Source: Haplodiscus bocki
Lineage: Eukaryota
Direction: 5' to 3'
Assembly: GCA_965655095.1 (NCBI GenBank)
Contig: OZ296649.1
Span: 129,394,001-129,458,000, forward strand
Length of the DNA: 64,000 nt
Of this stretch, positions 49,701 through 62,058 are shown in pieces. Each line of letters starts with the position of its first letter. Position 1 is the first letter of the stretch. The translations under genes were made by a program, and so were the position numbers. The notes under the pieces were generated by a model. The model saw only the letters and a list, made by a program, of their open reading frames with translations. It was not told the DNA's origin and made no database searches.

Positions 49701-52300
49701 AAGTTTTTTCTGCCAAAAGAGTCTTTTGCAAAAAGTTAAAACTCCTGTTCAGTGAAAAAAAACTCTGTTTCTTGTCATTCTGCATAAATGGTGGCTAGGT
49801 GCCGGGTAGATCCTGATTTGTCTCGGCGTGTAAAGTTTTTTTCCAAAACCAGAAAACTTTTCAAGTTTGGCTCGATGAATGGTGGAAGCACCCTTCCTTT
49901 GAGCTCAAATGACCCTTACATTCAGTTTTCTTCAGCCTACATTCACTCTCCTTACCTTTGAATGGATTTAATCTCCCTCTCCTCCCCTCTGAAGTGATTG
50001 ATATTGAACCAATCTTTCAGCATTCTTTACAGGCCTGTCTTGAAATTAGAAATACGTGGTTCACATGCTCTTTGATGGTCAAACAGTCTTCAAACACTTC
50101 GCAACGTGTTCCTTTGGATTTAAATTGTTCCATTTTCGTGTCACTCTGCTGTTGTAACTTCTGCAGACTTTTGCTTATTGTGACGCCAGTGCCAGCTTTG
50201 CGGGTAGCAGTCTCAGGTTGTCACAGATTTATGGTAGGTTCAAGCAAACCGATGTCAGTTCGGGTATTTTTGTTCACGTAAAATTCAATCCACAGAGTTT
50301 AAATTACCTCGTACTAAAATACCAAAGTTGTAAGAAATCCACTTGCAGACTTTGGTTTTCGTCTGTCGTAACAAAAATGTTCCCTTGCAAATTTCCTTCA
50401 GAAGTTATGTCACACATTTGAATCATGGCCGAATTACCAGAAGTTCTGGTTGGCAGTGTTGAGTCACCTCAAGCCACCTGTATCTTTGGTCACCATTTCC
50501 AGGCTCAAAAATTTCTTGACCTGAAACCTGTTAGCCAGCGGAGACAGTTTTCGCTGATTGAAATCCTTCAGAAAGAAAAAGATGCTCTCCAGGATTTGCT
50601 TCGCCACAGCATCGATGGTGGGAATTGAGTTTTGCAATCTTGCAACTTCAACATCGAGTATGTTGACAGGATCCTGAAAATACTCTATTCTTCCTTGGAT
50701 CTGAAAATTCTCGCTCCCTGTTGTTTGGGGTGGTTCAGGAAGCTCACAAGGCTACGATTGGACTTTTCGGTGGATTGCTTCTTTCTGTTGTCGATGGCCA
50801 TTCTGTCCTCGAACTGCTTCTTGCATACAAAAACCTATTTCCTCATTCAAACCTTCATCCGCGCTGTTCAGCGAGCTAAAACGCCACCATGGATTTTTGG
50901 GTTTGATTCGGTAAACTGGTTGCACAAATGTGACTGGATTTTTTTACCCAGACACATAAATACAATGTGTAATCAGGAATCTTCATCTTTCGTCTGCCAT
51001 CTCTTTCAGTTTTTCTACGTTAGGTTTAAAGGCGACCATAACTCGTGCTTTGTGACGATGGGGCCAAGTTATCCGGATTGAAACTGTCAGTTGAAATACT
51101 TAATCACTCTCGAACAAGGGGTTTGAGAAAAAATTTTCAGCGCTTTCCAAAAGATTAGAAACACTTGAGTCTTCGACTTCGTGTTAACAGAGTTCTAAAA
51201 CCTTATTGTCAAAAGTCAGAGCTTTTTTGTTGGTCGCAACCGTACATGTGTATTTTACGAGTTTTTTAAACGCCTCCATCATGAGAAAAAAGCTTTTCAA
51301 CTGTGCCTCCAAACGTTCTACTTCTCATTCTTCCCAACTCACACTTTTTTGAAGCTTTGAGCGCTGGAGACACAAAATTTTCGTTTGTAATATCGACTTG
51401 AGGAATCTGCTTTCTTTCCGTTCCCCTCCATCGCCCTAATTTTCAACGAGATGCCTTTACAACCGTGTAATGGTTTAACATAGCCTTATCCTCAAAGTGA
51501 AATTCTACTCTTCTGTAGTTTCCTTGGATTTTAAGCACCTTTACGACAAAATTAGTTTCATTTTGCGAAACTCTGGGTACGTGCTTGGAGTTCACCATAA
51601 TTTCTAAACCCAAGATTGAATAAAGAAGGAACTAGATGTTATCGGAATCGAAATTAGGTTTTTGGAAGTGCAGAGAGGCTTGTTTCTTGTTTTCAATGGT
51701 GGAAAAGCGCGCACACCTGATCTTCAATTTACCAATTGGTGTTCTATCTGTCGTATTTCTGATCTATTTAACCTTTTGAACATTGTTTGTACGCTACGAT
51801 GCCTTTCAAATGAGCGTCATGCGACAAGGAAGACCGTAAAATGACATGCTTCAGTGAATCTTTTGATGAAAAAAGTGTCTATTTACTATGTACATCTCTG
51901 AATAGTACAATGTTGTTTAAAAAAAGTCCGTCGATGATGAAACTCATCCTCCACGTTTCTAAGGAAAAGCGAAAAGAACGTGCGTTTTCTACAACTTTAG
52001 GTACTGATTTGGGCCTTCTTGAAATGTGCTCCAAGCTCACAGCTGTTCTCTATCTGAGAGCTTGGAATTCCAGCAATCAGAAATCAATTTTACTGCTTAG
52101 GTTGCCCGCAAACTTAACCCAATCTCCTGTGAGATGAGTGCTACTTGAGACCTTCTTGTTTCGGGTGGTACAATGAAATGTCAGTAATTTCGAGGATTTG
52201 AAATGTGATTACGGGTGAATGTTTCAGATTTTTTTGACGTTTCACTAGTGAGCTCAAGACCTTGGAAACTTCAAAATTATTAACGTTAAATCCGTATCAG
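46800..52300 (-). mobile_element. Probable very old Gypsy-type gag-pol remnant
   Basis: Only faint motifs survive, but in the expected minus-strand order: gag-like (~52200), RT-like GHYSIRLLMLVC/VCLSL (~49100-49230), RNase H-like (~48270-48620) and integrase-like IILFGPLEVI (~46980-47010). Confidence 0.35.
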
Positions 52301-55300
52301 CTGGTAAAACAATTTTTTAACAATTCCGTTCAGGTCACAGCATCTAATTTTTTTCCTGTTTGCTTCACGGCCAATCTTTTTCTTCGGAGTTCTGTTGTGG
52401 CCGTTTTCGCTTCCAGAAAACGGCCGGTACCAGTCTTTTTTGATTTTTTCCGCGCCATAGTATGTAAAGGCAGGTAATTTCTTGTAAATGCTCACCCATT
52501 CAATAGGTTTTAAAGTCAGCAAGATAATCGAAAATTACCAAATCTGTTCTGAAATCCTTATCTCAAATGCAACAATAGTAAAGAAATGGTAAAGATTGGA
52601 AAACGATGACATCTTTAGTGAAAATTTTCCCTCAAGTGAATACGCCTGTGATGTTTTCGGACTCTTTTGCTCGCGACTATTTTGCGGTTGACTTGGTTAG
52701 CTGAAACAATACAACAGTTTACTCTCAAAATTTCGTTGTCGCTTCTTTTCTGCCCTCCTCTGCCTTCTTTTTTTCAATTTTTGTAGTTTTTTGGCCAATT
52801 TTCAAATTCTCGTTTTCTGCAGAGGCCAGCAAACTCTCAAAACGTAGTGGCACTTTTTGCAAATGGGTTTTCAGCTCTAATAAATGCCCAATAGAAACTT
52901 ATTGCTACTAATAAGGGTAGTGGAAAAACGACTAATGAACTTTAGTTATTCCACGAGAATTTTGAACATCTATCAGAATAGAAAAACGGAAAAAAGTTGC
53001 GTGCCTCTATGCAGCTTGCCAGAAGAATCAGTTCAACTATATTTTGGATGTCCCAAATGCTCAGGGTTTGAAACCTGCAGTTCCTATCGCGAAGATACTC
53101 ACTGGTAAGATACTCATTGCTTCCGGGCAAAACTGAGAATGGCAAATAAGGGCTGAATTTCGGATTCTGCAATAATTTCTAAAATGTGTTTCCTTTGATG
53201 TTTCCATCGCTTAGCAAAAACATAAAAAGACAAAAAGCATCCTGCAATGGCCCGGACTATCAAAATACAAAAACAAATATTGTTTACGCTGAGAAAACTA
53301 CAGATGAACAAAAAATCAATTTTCCAGCTTTGATAGTTGGTGGAATTTCTTAGATAACTGAAAAGACTCAAGCACCGGAGAATCGAATCTTGAGAGTATG
53401 TGAAACCTCATGGTTGGCAACAGGTGGAAAAATTGTCCACCGACAGCGGTAACCTCTTTTATCAGGCAGAGGTCCTCAAATCTTTAATATCGAATTTCTC
53501 AGATCTTCTTCTTCAATCTTGCTCCAATGAAAAAAGACGCGGGTTTGCCAGGTGCCGCCCTTGAAAATGTGGACCGGTTTTTTTGTTATAGCACACTAAC
53601 GAAAAAATGCAGGTAGTTTTGCTTGGAAAAGAAGGCAGATATAACTTTGAACTGCATGATTTTTGCTGACATATGCACTTTACCTGCTGTAAATTAAAAA
53701 ACAACTAGATGAATGAGTAAACCCTTGGTGTGTGTAAAAGCATACGTGTAAAAAAATACACAAAATTAATTGAATTTACCTCTGGCAAGTCATATTTCTG
53801 CACATGGAGCCCAGACTAACTTCAACGTATACTTCAGTCAAAAATTGCGAGGTAGACCAGCAAAAACTTGGGCGTATCAATGTCAATTTCACGTACAAAA
53901 ACAAAAAACCTCTGCACTAGGTGGCGCAAAATAGTACCCACACAATGCGGTATTTGATCAAGGAAAGTGCACAATTGAGCGTAATTGCAGCAAAAACTAA
54001 TCTGTATAAAGTATCTGCTAATTGAATACGAAACTGTATGACAACTGAATAAGGGAAATACGGTCAAAAACAAGTAAATATACATATGAATCTATTAAAG
54101 TTTTTGATGCTGGCTCACGTTTACGTGTAGGTTTATTTGTTTTTGTATGTACCGCAGGCAAACCGCAAAAGTGACCAAAAAGATTCAGCTGGTTGATAAA
54201 ATTGTATGCATTTTACGTGAGTATACCTGTGTTTTCGTGCAATGTCGGCTTTTTCATTTAGCTACCACTTGCCACGTCATTTGGAAACTGTGGAGGTAGA
54301 TGCTCTGTCACCAGCCTATTGATGGTAAAAACTTGAGCCTTGCAACTACTAATTTTGCAAAAAAATTGCAAGATCATTTCATATCTTAAGATATTTTCAC
54401 TACAGTAGTGTTCTTAATCAATATTTGATATAAAGCCACAGTTCTTAAACTCGTAACAAAATCCAGAAAGTTTGAAAAACTTACAAATACACAGTGGTCA
54501 ACAAGAAAGAAAGCTTGTTATTTGGAAAAGCAAAAAAAAAACAGATTTCTTTGTCTGCTGGAGAAATTTTGAAAAGCATGTGCGAAAGCGTCAGGGTGTC
54601 AAACTGCTAAATTTTGCTCCAGTCTCTGGTTGTCGATAATATAGTCACCAACACCGGCAAAACTGCCGATGGGCTGGTGCATCAAGAGTCCCACTAGGTG
54701 AAATCTAAACAGTACCATCTATGGACTGGACGAAATTTTACAGAAATGATTCCTATGTGAGGTTTCAATTGTATTCTTTGGCGGTTGATGAAAATTTTAC
54801 TTTATCAGTAAGGCAAATATAGAAAGAACTCTCTCAGGGAAACTAATATTCAGGATTCAGAAGACAATGTAACGAAATTTTCCAAAGATCAAGAAGAAAT
54901 CCGAGATCTATTATTATTCTAGATGGTCAAAGTACCCATCAAAATCACACCTGTTTTTTGAGAAACCGTTAGCTACAAAAACAAAACCAGTGGTATGTTG
55001 TCTTAATTGCGTATTATTGTTCAAAATTTTAGCAGTGAATCCATAACTTTTTGTACAATGGTAGGGGAAGAGCGTTTTGTCAGGGTCAATGTCCTTCTTT
55101 CAATCTTTTGGCATTGAAAAAAAATTATCGATTCGGAAACCGTCCAAAACCTCAGTGACAAACTGTTCAAAATGAGTTAAACTAAACTTTCAACCAATGT
55201 TTTTTTAACAATTTGGAGCATCAACCTTTTTATCCAAAGAAGTTGATCTATTTTCTTCAAAATGAAAGAAATAACTTTTTTGCTGTCTTCTTCAACTGCT

Positions 55301-56709
55301 GGAAAAAAGTGGCAGTTTTTCGCTCAAAGTTATCAGACGTATTTTTTTCCGAGAAGTCATTTTATTCCACAATTGGTTCATTGATGACTCGTAAGAATTC
55401 ACCACTGGGTAGAAATCTGTAAAATGACTTTGAATATGAGGTTTTTTGACAGCCAGCATTGCTTTTTTTTGCAATGACCATCTCTGTGCCTTGATTTTGC
55501 GTTAAATGTGGGGTCTACAGCAGGCTTCCTCATGTGGGAACTTCGACCCTTACCAGTTGACAGCTTGAAAATCTGAAATATAAAGATTGGGGGACTCTGC
55601 TGTCTCGCAAACACTTTTTGCCGAGAGAATCTCAATCGAAACACTTTAGCAATAAAGATGCTCACTTTTCATAGCTTCATCACTGTTTTGGAGTTTTCTG
55701 GTGAAGCAGAGCGTTTAAAACCTATCACATTTTTTGCCTGACTTTTTTAAAAAAACTGCTTTTGCCAACAGTTCGGGAGTTGCTTTTGTTTATAGTTCTT
55801 ACTGCAAAACGTATAGCTTCCAGTGGGTATGCCGTATGCACCTGCCAGACACAATGAAGAGTTGACATTGATTGATTGATGCAGCTGGAAAAAACTCAGG
55901 TTATTTGCTAAAACCGCGGGCAAAAACTACATACGGAAGGTTTTACTTGTGTCTACAGGTAAATTTATCTGCGCAACTATTTACCTGAGGTCCTCTCATT
56001 CAACTTTGCGCCGTTCTTACAGTGCAATATGCCAAAAAGTACCAAAAGTGGGACTTAGAAGTTTTCACATTAAGTGAAGAATCGGCTTGGCCGCAAGATT
56101 TTCATTTCACCCATAGTTGAAGTGAAACTGCACAACTAGAAGTATTAGCGTTTTTTCATCGCAAGGGAGGTTACTGCTAGGAAATGCTAGCCTGCAGGGT
56201 ACTATCGCGTAACAGAGAACGCTCAAACCTTAAAAAAGACGCTATTTTGTGAAGTAAAAAAAACGAAATATTTGAACTAAACTCGAGAATTTTCGGTGAC
56301 AAATGAAGAGCTTGATATTTTGTAATTCCCAGACAAAAACCCAAATTTATAAGTGCAGTTTGTTTATTTGCTATTTAAACTTGACTTTCAAATTTTATGA
56401 AGGAAAAAATATTTGACTTACCCGGTTGGCAGGCTGAACGTGCGAAACTCGCTTAAGCGAAACAAACATAGGGCCCTGGCAGGTAGGAAGCGTAGGAAAA
56501 ATAGGTTGGACAAGTTGACTAAAAAATTAATACAAAAGTTTAAAAGTTTACGAATAAATTTTGGCAGACTTTACGACGGCAAGAATAAATTGAGTGACAG
56601 CTCGATTTATAAAGTTGAAGTTGCACAATTTCAAAGTTTAATTTCACAGAAAAAAATTCTAATTCGCCCACCCTAGCGGGATTTTCCTATGGCGATCAAC
56701 ATGCTCGAT

Positions 56710-56774
56710 CACGTGACCTGGCCACGTGACCAAATGGTGTATAATTACCCAACGCTCAGCCACAATTTTCAGTT
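56710..56774 (+). promoter_or_regulatory. Pol II core promoter: two CACGTG E-boxes, TATA-like box and TCAGTT initiator
   Basis: CACGTGAC at 56710 and 56723, TATAAT at 56740, TCAGTT at 56769. The TATA lies 31 nt upstream of the Inr A at 56771. Confidence 0.6.
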
Positions 56775-56892
56775 GCTCCCTCCCACTCACTTGCCTTATT
56801 GCTCGAGGCGAAACTCTTTTAATCTCAACTTCTAACTTCTCTTCCTTTCTTACCTTATTAACTCTTCTCTTCTTTTGGAGCGAGCGAAAAAA

Positions 56893-57110
56893 TTCTAAGA
56901 CAATTCCAAATTGTGTCCTAGCCAAGTTCCAATTGAATCTCATCGAAAATATTCTAAGACATTTCCAAACTGTGTCTTAGCCAAATTCCCATTGCATCTC
57001 ATCGAAAATATTCTAAGACATTTCGAACTTGTGTCTTAGCCAAATTCTAGTTGCATCTCATCAAAATCATTCTAAGACAATTCCGAATTATGCCTATGCC
57101 AAATTTCCAG
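56893..57110 (+). repeat. 59-bp tandem repeat, ~3.7 copies
   Basis: TTCTAAGACA begins at 56893, 56952, 57011 and 57070. Confidence 0.92.
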
Positions 57111-57844
57111 ACGCTTGCTACTAAAGTATAAAAAATTTCTACTAACGCTAGCTTCGATTCTAGCGTCTAAGGATTCCGTGGAAGAACTTCCGATCTGAAG
57201 CAAGAGTGAATCTTAAACTGCATAACCCCAACGAGGATCCTCGAAAGAGATTTAATTGGTGTTACAAAGACCAAGTCTCACCTCGTCTGCTGCCGTGGTA
57301 ATTTAGAATTTATTCTAATTTCCAAGATACGGACTGAATACGCAGAAACCGTCCCTTTCACAATTTATTGCGGAACAATTCCGAATTATCAGTAGTTTCC
57401 TTCCTGGACTATTCAACGAAGCTCCACTCAGCAGTCAACTAACAATTATTCCAATTTAGCCCCGATATTCCTAAGACCCAACTTTGCTTTGATCTAGTAG
57501 AGCTAATCGCACTGATCATTTTCTGCTAAGTATTCCGGCTCGGTAAATCGCAAAGGAACTGCCGCGTCGAGTTAAAGGACTAAAAGAAAATCACCAGGTG
57601 CCGCTTACAGCGAGTTATACCTGAGCAGTAAGTTAAACCTAAATTAATTAACCCCTCCAATGAAGCCGGAAGATTTATTCACGGTTGGAAAAACGGGGAA
57701 CTTAACATCCGAACCCAGATGCCATGCTAAGGCAAGTTACTCGGGATTAAAAAAAGGCTAAAAGAACCACTTAATCCTAAAAGTAAAATGCGTGTAAGTT
57801 CCTCGTCAGCGGCTCACGCTCGACCAAAGAGCACCGAAGAAGCT

Positions 57845-58131
57845 TGACCTGTTCGACTGCTATTATGGCATGCTACCACGGTCATAGAAAAAATCTGATA
57901 TCCCGTCCGGCAATTCCACAGGGTTTACTCCTGGTTCGGACCAAATTGTGATTCAGGGGACCTGACCTGGTCGACTGCTATCATGGCATGTTACCACGGT
58001 CTTTGATAAAATACAATAACATGTCCGGTAGTTCCACAGGATTTACTCTTGATTCGGACCAAATTTAGATTCAAGGGACCTGACCTGGTCGACTGCTAAA
58101 ATGGTATCTTACCACGGTCTTAGATAAAATT
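57845..58131 (+). repeat. 118-bp tandem repeat, ~2.4 copies, in the Gypsy leader
   Basis: TGACCTG(G/T)TCGACTGCTA begins at 57845, 57963 and 58081. Confidence 0.92.
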
Positions 58132-58880
58132 GAACCAACTTAGATCAGTAAAAGCTAAAACTAAAGGAAAAGCAAAAGGCAACGCCTGAGACAGAAAAGA
58201 CGAATGTAATCAATCGTTTGAGCAGGAAAGGAAAAAAGCCCAATTATAAAAACTCCAACGTAGTCTTTAAATCTGCTAAATATTTCGAAATTTTTTTTGG
58301 AAAGACTTGTGATTTTTATAAGTGAATTTTGTTCTCCTAAATTTAATCTCCTTAAACATTGAATGAATTCAATCTCGTATTATTTGATGAAACTGCTACG
58401 AAGTATTTCTTCCTGTGCAGTTTTCATCTTAATTCAAAGCAGCACTGGAACCAAAGCAGGATTTAATTGTGACGCAGGTTAATCCCGCGTCAGCTACGGT
58501 AACGCCCGAAAGTTTACTCGATTTCAAGGAAACCGCCCGCCTCAGCGATCCCTTTATTTTGAGCTCGATGTTGTCTCGGAGTCCAAGAACTGGGCTAACC
58601 AGGCCTGTTTTATCCGACTAGTTAGCTTACTTTACCCAGTTATAAGAGCATATAAATATTCCACGATCATTGTTTGGTAACTGAGAGCTCTCTTCCCCCA
58701 ATTGGAGCCATACATCTTTATCAGGAACTGTTTGAAGTCATCAGTATTCTCTGGTTCCTGAACAACGTATCCGATGCTTCCTCTCATGAAGCTTGTGACT
58801 GGCCCATTCGTCCAACGCTTCCACATCTACCCGATAATACAACCCAAAAAGTTATCATGATCTTCAGCGGGAGCAACTGG

Positions 58881-58934
58881 TGAAAGAGTCTTCTCTTGTT
58901 GAAGCATTGAAAGAGTCTTCTCTTGTTGAGGCAT
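58881..58934 (+). repeat. 27-bp tandem duplication
   Basis: TGAAAGAGTCTTCTCTTGTTGA(A/G)GCAT at 58881 and 58908. Confidence 0.9.
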
Positions 58935-60696
58935 ATGTTCTGGCAGGCCTAACGGAATTTCAATTCCCAATCTTGGATTATTGGCCGCTTGTTTATTCAA
59001 AGGAGGAGATCGAGGAGAATCATTATGGGCAGCCATTTCGAATAAATTTTATTGATAAAAGATTGCATTATTTTTTGATGATTTAACCGAGAAGATTGCT
59101 ACTGTGTTTAAATTATGCTCAAATCTTGCTCAAATGTTGCCCCTAATAAACTCACCCTTCCAATATTTAATCTTATTTTATGCTCATTTACATTTATAAG
59201 ATTGACTACTATTTCCGTACATTCGCCAATTAATTCATCTATTAATCTGTACCTTTTCTTTGCTCACCAAGTCCTTGCTAGTAGAACTCACGCAACTTTG
59301 TCCGCGCGGACTAGCAAGGCAAATTTACAAAACTAATAACAATGTAAGCTTTTGAGACTTTCGTACACGATAACGTATGCTTATGGCCGCACACGCCGTT
59401 TAGCAATATTAGCTAAGCAGACAATAGCAATTATACTTGACACGTTGTTCTATAAACAACACCCCCTGTACGCGCGACAAACTGGTGCTACCAGTGAGGC
59501 ATTCTAAAGTGAGCAACAATTCCTTTGTGCAGTTTCTTGGAGCTAACTTTATATGGACGCTTTCTTTGACTCTTTTGCTGCAGTGATTCACACTCCCTCA
59601 TTTATTTTGCTTTTCTTTTTAGTTCTTTTGTTTATTTTTAATGAATGTGCTTTTTTGGGATTGATAATTCGTTCTCTGTTGAAGTCTCATTTTCCGAACT
59701 GGAACACGATATCACCTGTTGACAACTTGGACTGCTGACATTTTCTCTGCGATGGAAGACGAATAAATATTAACGCTGTACTTCTTCATCGTTGCACTCA
59801 TAACCCTCTCCTGCATACCTCCTTACCTTTTGGCAGTTGTTGAAAAACAAAAGATTGTCTTCAACCAGATTTCCAACGCTTGAAAATTTGGTTTTTTGGT
59901 ATACATCATCTTTGTGCTCTCACTTTTCCTATTGCTTCAACAATTGAGCTCTTTTATCTGTGTTATTTGTCCTGATATCCTACATACTTCTACGAAATCC
60001 AAAACAAGGAACTTAGTTGCTACTCTTCTTGACTATTCTTCCCTACCTGGTCAAAGATTGGAATAGATTCTCTCGCGCCCAAAAACTCCTCATTGTGTTA
60101 CAAATCGTGCAAAATTCAATTTTTCTTACCCAAACGCTTAATACATGGGCGGAAAGCTTAATATTCACTCTTCTCTATGTAACTCCAACCCAATGAGGCA
60201 AGATTTGGTTTTGAGTTTATATTGCCTACTGCTCGCTGTTTTAGTGTTACTTTTGGGACCAAGTTACTTGCTAGCCATCAAAAAACCGGTACAAATATTG
60301 AGGGAAACTGCTAACAATAAATAGATGCCACAAAAATAAGACAACTCTCCACCGGATTGGAACAACATAGAAGACGAATGGCAACATATTCCTATGAACT
60401 GCCCGTGGACCATAGCTTCGGAGGACAAGAATCTGTCTGTGATCATCATTTGCTTGAAGTGAACCTTCACTTACGACTTCTGGATCCGAGTAACACTAGT
60501 AACACTGTACACGGAGGAAAACCCACAAATTTCGAAACAAGTAGACATTCGGGAACATAGTCCTCTACTTGAGTTACTATCTGAGGCACTTTCAAAATAT
60601 TACGACTTTCCTGAGCCTCACCTAAATTATTATCAGCTTCACTTTTTTGGAGAATTAATGGACTACTTTGATTCGAAGTTTACATAAAATAAAAAT

Positions 60697-62058
60697 ATGG
60701 CAGTAACTCATCTTGCTTACCGGATTTATTCTTGAACAAGTTCTCTGGAACCGACCCTGATCAAGACGCAGAATCCTTTATAAAATTGACAGAACGAAAA
60801 ATTAATTCTGCTTTTGGAGATGCACCAGCGAACCCTGATGCATTAGCAAATTACACTTTGGGAAAGAAAACACTATTTTCTTCCGTACTCAGAGGGCCAG
60901 CAGCCGAATGGTACGAGAGTAACGTAGAAGCTGCTACCCTTTAGGATGACCTTACAACAGGTTTCATTGCAAGATTTTCAGATGACAGGAATAAATTTAG
61001 CCATCGAATTGAAGTGGAACAGTGTATTCGAAGAGATGGCGAGGAAATTCGAAACTTTCTTCACAAAATCAAGAGAACAGTGGATAAAGGCTGGCCTGAT
61101 GATATGAGTGGTGTTGCAGGAGCGCAGCAGGTTGCTGAGCCAGAAGCTCAAGGCCGACAAAGAAATTAAAGGTACATGGATTACAGTCTACGAGGACTTG
61201 GACCGAAACATCTACAGCGGAAAGCCCAAGGGTTTTTGATGGAGCCCCCAAAAGCAACCTGGAATGACTATTCAGCTCATATATTTCAAAAAGAAGTATC
61301 CTTTCAAGTATCTTCGAATTTCCTGAACAGCGACGAACAAACTAAAGCAGAGATAGCCACGTTAGGAAAAGAAATGAAAAATCTCCGAGCTGAATTGCAA
61401 GAGCATAGTATTAATGCTATAGAGGGAACGCCAAAAACAGCTGATACTAATCAGAAAGGACTGCAAAATGCTACCCGGTTTTCTGGTTTTTGCCGTACAA
61501 GTGGACATACCCAAAGCTGGTGCCGCAAGAAAATTCGAAATGAAGAACTAAAACGAATTGAAAAAGAAAGAACTTCCGAAAAGAAAGTTACTTTTACTCA
61601 AGACTATAATAAGAAACGAGGACACAGCCACGGACCTGGAAAATAGAGTAATGTTCCAGACTTTACTGTTCGATCTAATTCTCCTTATGTCGAAGGTTAC
61701 CAGAATCGTGGGAGAACTTTTGAGCGAAATCAATTTCCTAACAGAAATGGTGGAAGCTGGCAAAGAAGTGATAACTCCAACACACGAAATGGGAACTAGC
61801 AAAGTAATAGAAGCTTCCCTCGCTCTCGGCAAGGCCAGGGAAGAAACCCCTCTCAAAACAGTTCAGGTTTGCGGCCAAGCCCCATCCAAGCCAACTACTT
61901 TAGTTTTCAGAACCAGGATACCAAAGAAAGCTCAAGTTTCACTCCCTATGGACAGAATTTCCCACAACACAATAAACGAGCGCAGCCTAATGTAATTCGT
62001 GTCACTACAACAGATGATTATGGGAATGGTCAGACGGAGTTGTGTGTTAAACTGCTGA
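60697..62058 (+). pseudogene. Gypsy gag, with stops and frameshifts
   Basis: KFSGTDPDQDAESF, LRGPAAEWYE, DGEEIRNFL, and the eroded knuckle FSGFCRTSGHTQSWC. Confidence 0.85.

Larger units (their letters stand above)
56593..57266 (+). repeat. Putative 5' LTR of the Gypsy element
   Basis: Starts AGTGACA, contains a TATA/Inr promoter and ends near TTTAAT-TGG/TGTTACA. The second LTR is outside the window, so it is not verified. Confidence 0.45.

Noticed and set aside
57257-57275. Assignment of a specific primer tRNA to TGGTGTTACAAAG
   Set aside because: It does not clearly match a tRNA 3' end I can verify, and TGTTACA could instead be the LTR end.
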